Positions 59,169 through 64,000 of a stretch of DNA of 64,000 bases are shown here, piece after piece. The stretch covers positions 1-64,000 of the forward strand of contig JAWVXD010000007.1 in the NCBI GenBank assembly GCA_033723415.1, in the 5' to 3' direction. The DNA comes from Sulfurospirillaceae bacterium. Lineage in GTDB: Bacteria; Campylobacterota; Campylobacteria; Campylobacterales; Sulfurospirillaceae. The notes below the pieces were generated by a model, which saw only the letters and a program-made list of their open reading frames with translations, did no database searches and had not been told where the DNA came from. A program made the position numbers and the translations under genes. Positions within the stretch are counted from its first letter, which is position 1; every line of letters begins with the position of its first letter.

Positions 59169-60614
59169 ATGATCAAAAAGATTTTGATAGCCAATCGAGG
59201 CGAAATAGCTTTGCGAATAATTCGAGCGTGCAAAGAGTTGAATATAAAAACCGTTTCTATATTTTCTGAGGTTGATATACAAGGTGTATGGCTAAAAAAA
59301 GCTGATGAATGTTACCCGATATTGGGTGATCCGATACGCGCTTATCTTGATTATGAAAAAATAGTGTCATTAGCAAAAAAAGCAGATTGTGATGCTATTC
59401 ATCCGGGATATGGCTTTTTATCTGAAAGTGCTGAATTTGCAGAATACTGTGAAAAAAACGGTATCACATTTATCGGTCCCAAAGCTGAACACATAGCTCT
59501 ATTTGGAGATAAAATCGCCTCTAAACAGGCTATGAGAAGAGTAGGGATTCCTGTATTGCCAGGCACTGATGAGCCTATCAATGATGTCTCCAAAGCTATC
59601 AAAATTGCAGATGAGATAGGTTTTCCTGTTATCATAAAAGCAGCTTTCGGCGGTGGCGGCCGTGGAATGAGAATAGTTCATGAATCAAAAGATTTTAAAA
59701 AGCTATATGAGGCTGCTACAAATGAAGCAAAAAACTTCTTTGGTAAAGGCGATGTTTTTATAGAAAAATACCTTGAAAATCCAAGACATATAGAAGTACA
59801 GATCATAGCTGACAGATATGGAAATGTCGTGCATTTGGGAGAGCGAGATTGCTCAATCCAGAGAAGACATCAAAAAGTCATAGAAGTGGCACCGTCTCCA
59901 AGACTTGATGCAAATACCAGAAAAGAGATATACAGGGCTTCACAAAAAGCAATGTTTAGACTCGGATACGAGAATGTCGGAACACTGGAATATTTAGTAG
60001 ATAAAAATGATAATTTTTATTTTATAGAGATGAATACAAGAGTACAAGTCGAACATCCTATTACAGAAGCTATTAGCGGTATCGACATCGTACAGCGCAT
60101 GATCGAGATTGCAGGTGGAGATAAATTAAGATTCTTGCAAGAAGAGATCACTTTTAGAGGATATGCGATAGAATTTAGGATTAATGCAGAAGATCCTCAA
60201 AAAGGCTTTGCTCCATCTCCTGGTCAGATCACTGAACATCTATCATCCGGTGGACCTGGAGTTAGACTTGATTCTATAGCCTACAAAGGGTATACAATCC
60301 CGCCTCATTATGACTCTATGATAACAAAATTAATCATCTGGAGTTTAGACTGGCAAGGTGCGGTAAATAAAGCAAGAAGAGCCTTGGACGGATTCATTGT
60401 AAGAGGCGTTGCAAGCAACATACCGCTTCATCGTCAAATAGTAAGAGATGAAGATTTTATAAACGGCATATTTGATACAGGATATCTTGACAAAAAACTT
60501 CCGCATTTTAGTTTAGACGCTATAGATGATATGGAGCAAGAAACATTGAAGATGGAAGGTATCTCAAAGATGATCGAGAGCATCAAGAAAAATAATCTAA
60601 CGGTAAGACAATAA
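59169..60614 (+). CDS. pycA: Biotin carboxylase subunit (pyruvate carboxylase subunit A / AccC family)
   Basis: ILIANRGEIA, HPGYGFLSE, GGGGRGMR, RDCSIQRRHQK, EMNTRVQVEH; partner carboxyltransferase not in window so substrate is uncertain. Confidence 0.8.
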   Translation: MIKKILIANRGEIALRIIRACKELNIKTVSIFSEVDIQGVWLKKADECYPILGDPIRAYLDYEKIVSLAKKADCDAIHPGYGFLSESAEFAEYCEKNGITFIGPKAEHIALFGDKIASKQAMRRVGIPVLPGTDEPINDVSKAIKIADEIGFPVIIKAAFGGGGRGMRIVHESKDFKKLYEAATNEAKNFFGKGDVFIEKYLENPRHIEVQIIADRYGNVVHLGERDCSIQRRHQKVIEVAPSPRLDANTRKEIYRASQKAMFRLGYENVGTLEYLVDKNDNFYFIEMNTRVQVEHPITEAISGIDIVQRMIEIAGGDKLRFLQEEITFRGYAIEFRINAEDPQKGFAPSPGQITEHLSSGGPGVRLDSIAYKGYTIPPHYDSMITKLIIWSLDWQGAVNKARRALDGFIVRGVASNIPLHRQIVRDEDFINGIFDTGYLDKKLPHFSLDAIDDMEQETLKMEGISKMIESIKKNNLTVRQ

Positions 60615-60627
60615 TATAGAGTATCCC

Positions 60628-60661
60628 TGATAGAGATGTAATGATTTGATCATCTCTATCA
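60628..60661. terminator. Bidirectional terminator
   Basis: TGATAGAGATG-N12-CATCTCTATCA. Confidence 0.7.
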
Positions 60662-61924
60662 AACTTTTTTAGTACTTAAAACTTGTGATTCTATCACTAT
60701 ATGTTTTGTCTGCAATTCAAAAATATCATCTTTTTTCAAAACTTCTGCCTTTATAGTTTTACCATTTTTAACGACTTGTGCAAATGTTTCATTTAATCCA
60801 AGTGTCGGATCTTTTGATAAGAAAGCATTTTTTAAATTATTCAATAATTGCTCATATTTTGTAATATTTTGTTTATATGCAAACGATATATTTTCACTTA
60901 AAACAGTACTTTTTCTCTGTTTGTCTTCAATAATTTGAAATACTTTTGAAACCAGTCTATCTTTTAATATTTTTATCTCACTATCCATGATATGAATTTT
61001 CTGTTCAAAAGAGTATCTTTTAAATTCATTTTTTAGACTCAATAGTTCCATGCTTTTTTGATGAATCAAACGTCTAAATATAGTATTAAATTGATCTGTT
61101 GTTCCATCTATGCCCATCATGATCTCTACACGATCCGGTAAGATCATCTCCATAGCAGCCGATGGAGTTGGAGCCCTTAGATCTGCGACAAAATCACTGA
61201 TAACAAAATCTATCTCATGTCCAACAGCGGAGACAATAGGCGTGTTAGCCTTATAGATAGCATTTGCAACTATTTCTTCGTTAAACCCCCAAAGATCCTC
61301 TATACTTCCTCCTCCTCTTGAAACAACTATGACATCGACACCTAGAGAATCGGCAATAGCGATATTTTTTGCTATGTTGGGTGCAGAATTTTCACCCTGA
61401 ACTACAGTATCTATGATCTTTATCTTCACTAGCGGCCATCTTTTTTGTGCTACTCTAAGCATATCTTGGAGGGCAGCACCCGTACCTGATGTAACTAGAG
61501 CTATAGTTTTTATATATCTTGGTATCTGCTTTTTATTTTCTGGATTAAAATAGCCTAGGTCTTTTAATTTAGTTTTTAGTTGTTCGTATGCTTTTGCCAA
61601 AGCTCCGCTGCCGCTTGGTTCCATGCTGATACAATTTAACTGATAACTTCCTCTGGGAACAAATACTGAAACTGATCCGTGGATTATGACATTCATCCCC
61701 TCTTCTAGACGAAATTTCATCTTGGAATTATTGCCCTTAAACATCACGCATGAGATGGTAGATTTTTCATCTTTTAGTGAGAAATAAAGATGTCCTGAAC
61801 TGTGATAAGTGAATCTAGAAACCTCTCCTTCTACACACACATGTATAAAAGTACTCTCAAGAAGAGACTTTATTTGAGTATTTAGACTACTGACACTTTG
61901 AGTTTGACTAGAGGCATCATTCAT
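60659..61924 (-). CDS. xseA: Exodeoxyribonuclease VII large subunit
   Basis: SGHLYFSLKD, RGGGSIEDLWGFN, SAVGHEID, RAPTPSAA. Confidence 0.97.
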   Translation of the reverse strand: MNDASSQTQSVSSLNTQIKSLLESTFIHVCVEGEVSRFTYHSSGHLYFSLKDEKSTISCVMFKGNNSKMKFRLEEGMNVIIHGSVSVFVPRGSYQLNCISMEPSGSGALAKAYEQLKTKLKDLGYFNPENKKQIPRYIKTIALVTSGTGAALQDMLRVAQKRWPLVKIKIIDTVVQGENSAPNIAKNIAIADSLGVDVIVVSRGGGSIEDLWGFNEEIVANAIYKANTPIVSAVGHEIDFVISDFVADLRAPTPSAAMEMILPDRVEIMMGIDGTTDQFNTIFRRLIHQKSMELLSLKNEFKRYSFEQKIHIMDSEIKILKDRLVSKVFQIIEDKQRKSTVLSENISFAYKQNITKYEQLLNNLKNAFLSKDPTLGLNETFAQVVKNGKTIKAEVLKKDDIFELQTKHIVIESQVLSTKKV

Positions 61925-62652
61925 CTTTTTTTGGCTATCACTAAAGTTGAAATATCCATAGAAAAGCTTTTAGAGAATTCCGTCTCAAAACCTGCAGTAT
62001 CTAGTTCTTTTTGAAGCATAGTAGAAGTTAAAAAACCTTCAATGGAATTTGGCAGATATTCGTAAGCTTCTTTATTTTTAGAGATAAAAGCTCCGATCTT
62101 AGGTAACACTTTATTGAGATAAAAATCTTTTATAGCAAATAGAGAACCTTTTTTGTCATCTTTTGTAAACTCTAAAATTACAACATATCCACCGGGTTTT
62201 ACGACTCTGGCAAACTCTCTAAATGCTTCTTCTCTCTTGACTACATTTCTGATACCGTAACTGATACTCAAGATATCCGCACTCTCATTTTCCAAAGGCA
62301 GATTGGTGGCTTCACTGATAACAAATTCGAATTCCGGAAATTTTTCTTTACCGACTTGCGTCATACCTCTTGATGGGTCAACTCCTAGTATCTTTCCTAC
62401 TTGAATGCCGGAGCTTTGAGCTCTTTTCTTCCAATATCCCATCATATCACCGGTTCCACAGGCAACATCAACTATCAAATCTATAGGTTTTTTATATCTT
62501 GCAAATGTTTCATCACAAGCTTTTTTTCTCCATTGTATGTCTATACCCATGCTCAAAACACGATTCGCTTTATCATAAGTCGGTGCAATATCATCGAACA
62601 TTTTAACTATTTTTTCTTGTTTATCTGTCTCGCCCAAAATAATCCCCTGCAT
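61921..62652 (-). CDS. ubiE: Demethylmenaquinone/ubiquinone methyltransferase
   Basis: MFDDIAPTYDKANRVLS, DVACGTGD, YGIRNV, RVVKPGG, YEYLPNSI. Confidence 0.93.
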   Translation of the reverse strand: MQGIILGETDKQEKIVKMFDDIAPTYDKANRVLSMGIDIQWRKKACDETFARYKKPIDLIVDVACGTGDMMGYWKKRAQSSGIQVGKILGVDPSRGMTQVGKEKFPEFEFVISEATNLPLENESADILSISYGIRNVVKREEAFREFARVVKPGGYVVILEFTKDDKKGSLFAIKDFYLNKVLPKIGAFISKNKEAYEYLPNSIEGFLTSTMLQKELDTAGFETEFSKSFSMDISTLVIAKKR

Positions 62653-62724
62653 TTCATTTCAGTAAATTATACCAAATTAAAAATTTTCTGCTATTATACC
62701 CTACAATTTTAATTAGGGGAAATT

Positions 62725-63039
62725 TTGAAAGATATCGAAATATTTTTAGAGGTTATCTCTAAAGATGAATTTGTAGAAGGACATGAGGTTTTAGAAGACA
62801 AATGGAGAAAATTAAAAAAAAATCCACAAACGCTTGAAGAGAGCAAGATACTAAAAGGATTGATAAACGCTTCTACTGCTTTAGCATTAAAAGTTATGGG
62901 AAAAGACAAAGGGGCACAAACAGTTTGGAGTACTTTTGAGAAATACAGACCGCTTATAAAATCACAATCTTGTGAAGATAGCAAATATTACAAGGAAGCA
63001 GAAAAAGCTCTAGACGACAAATACAAACAATATATGTAA
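62725..63039 (+). CDS. DUF309-like small helical protein
   Basis: FVEGHEVLEDKW...LKGLIN. Confidence 0.7.
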   Translation: MKDIEIFLEVISKDEFVEGHEVLEDKWRKLKKNPQTLEESKILKGLINASTALALKVMGKDKGAQTVWSTFEKYRPLIKSQSCEDSKYYKEAEKALDDKYKQYM

Positions 63040-63087
63040 TATCCAATGTCGACTTTTAAATCAAGTCTGCCTTGGACACTGATGAAG

Positions 63088-63948
63088 TTATTTGCACAAT
63101 TCAAAGGTATTTGTCCCTTTTTTATCCAAATCACTTAAAATATTTTTCCAGTATCGCTTCCAACAGCAATGATGATTAAATTTTTTATATATCTTATAAC
63201 GTATGTTGCGTTTATCTTCAAATCTCTTGCAATATGATTTAAGTACCGAAAAACCTACAATCGTATCATCCTCTCCGACCAAATGAATTTGCTTTATTTT
63301 TTTTAATTTTTGTGAAAAGTCTGCAGGATTGAGAGACCCGCTCAAAGGCGATATATAGTGTTCTTTTGTCCAATACGCAGTATCAAGATTTCCACCAATA
63401 GTCACAAGTCTTGATATATCATCCCTTCTAGCCGCTAAAAGTGCAGCAATAGCCCCTCCTCCCGAATAACCAAAAAGTTTAAACGATGAAGCCCCTGATC
63501 TCTTTTTAATTTCATCCAATACTTGATTAAAGCTTTCTATCACATTTTCAGAAAAGCGACGGTTTGTCCAGATAGATTGCACACAAGATGAGTTTCTAAC
63601 ATATTGACATGGACGGGCCAGATATACTTTGCATTGATTTGTATCTTGTAAGAAAAGTTTTAATCCTAATGGATCTATGGGAGTTGGATCTTGTGAGATC
63701 GTATCGATCGTAATCCAAGGCAGACCATCACCTTCTATGTAAATAGATACAAAACTGTTCTCGCACTGTGAAAGATTGCTATGAACGCTATACAGATCAA
63801 ACTTTTTTGCGCTCAATACTTCACTTTGCACATCATGATGATCGATGAGCTTTTTTAGCGTAGTAAATCTCTGAGCAGGAGTGGGCACGATATATCCGCA
63901 CCCGCTTATAAGAATTATGACAAATAAAAGCAAAATCTTTTTATACAT
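63088..63948 (-). CDS. Alpha/beta-hydrolase lipoprotein
   Basis: Lipobox ISGC; IYIEGDG, YLARPCQY, GYSGGG nucleophile elbow, GNLD; probable ATG 63948. Confidence 0.85.
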   Translation of the reverse strand: MYKKILLLFVIILISGCGYIVPTPAQRFTTLKKLIDHHDVQSEVLSAKKFDLYSVHSNLSQCENSFVSIYIEGDGLPWITIDTISQDPTPIDPLGLKLFLQDTNQCKVYLARPCQYVRNSSCVQSIWTNRRFSENVIESFNQVLDEIKKRSGASSFKLFGYSGGGAIAALLAARRDDISRLVTIGGNLDTAYWTKEHYISPLSGSLNPADFSQKLKKIKQIHLVGEDDTIVGFSVLKSYCKRFEDKRNIRYKIYKKFNHHCCWKRYWKNILSDLDKKGTNTFELCK

Positions 63949-63955
63949 ATAAGGT

Positions 63956-64000
63956 TTAAAACTTCCATTTGAACTTAGCAGAAACAGCATGATTGATATA
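63956..64000 (-). CDS. 3' end of an outer-membrane beta-barrel protein (probable autotransporter), partial
   Basis: Minus strand reads YINHAVSAKFKWKF-stop: alternating residues and terminal Phe; only 14 codons visible. Confidence 0.55.
   Translation of the reverse strand, partial: YINHAVSAKFKWKF

Noticed and set aside
1..64000. CRISPR arrays, IS elements, prophage genes, rRNA, dif site
   Set aside because: No regularly spaced repeats, transposase/integrase motifs or matching sequences seen by eye

Overview
AT-rich chromosomal segment of a free-living Campylobacterota (Epsilonproteobacteria, Sulfurospirillum/Campylobacteraceae-like; inferred from gene orders such as gyrA-flgP-flgQ-flgR-asd and aroQ-pepP-folK-flhF-flhG-flgV-fliA-fliM-fliY). 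From the left: the 5' part of a large LapA-like T1SS adhesin with its LuxR regulator and T1SS (MFP/ABC/TolC); panE; a Cro/XRE-like HTH gene divergent from a 59-aa, 42% lysine histone-H1-like microprotein that the ORF track missed; tRNA-Asn; a TAXI-TRAP transporter; the gyrA-flgPQR-asd-hemE block; a ~17.9 kb accessory block between gyrA and comF (porin, cytochrome c, complete six-gene Ech-type [NiFe] hydrogenase, Crp/Fnr + two Hsp20, cfa, orphan StbB/ParA-like ATPase); lepA-prs; a second small accessory block (nitroreductase, Crp/Fnr, DUF2892, CHAD, and a chemoreceptor with both a c-heme motif and a PilZ domain); mnmA, the flagellar flhF-fliY cluster, mqnF-sppA, biotin carboxylase, xseA-ubiE, and the 3' end of a probable autotransporter followed by a lipase-like lipoprotein. 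No integrase, transposase, CRISPR array or rRNA was seen. All product calls come from motif recognition by eye; no database search was run.
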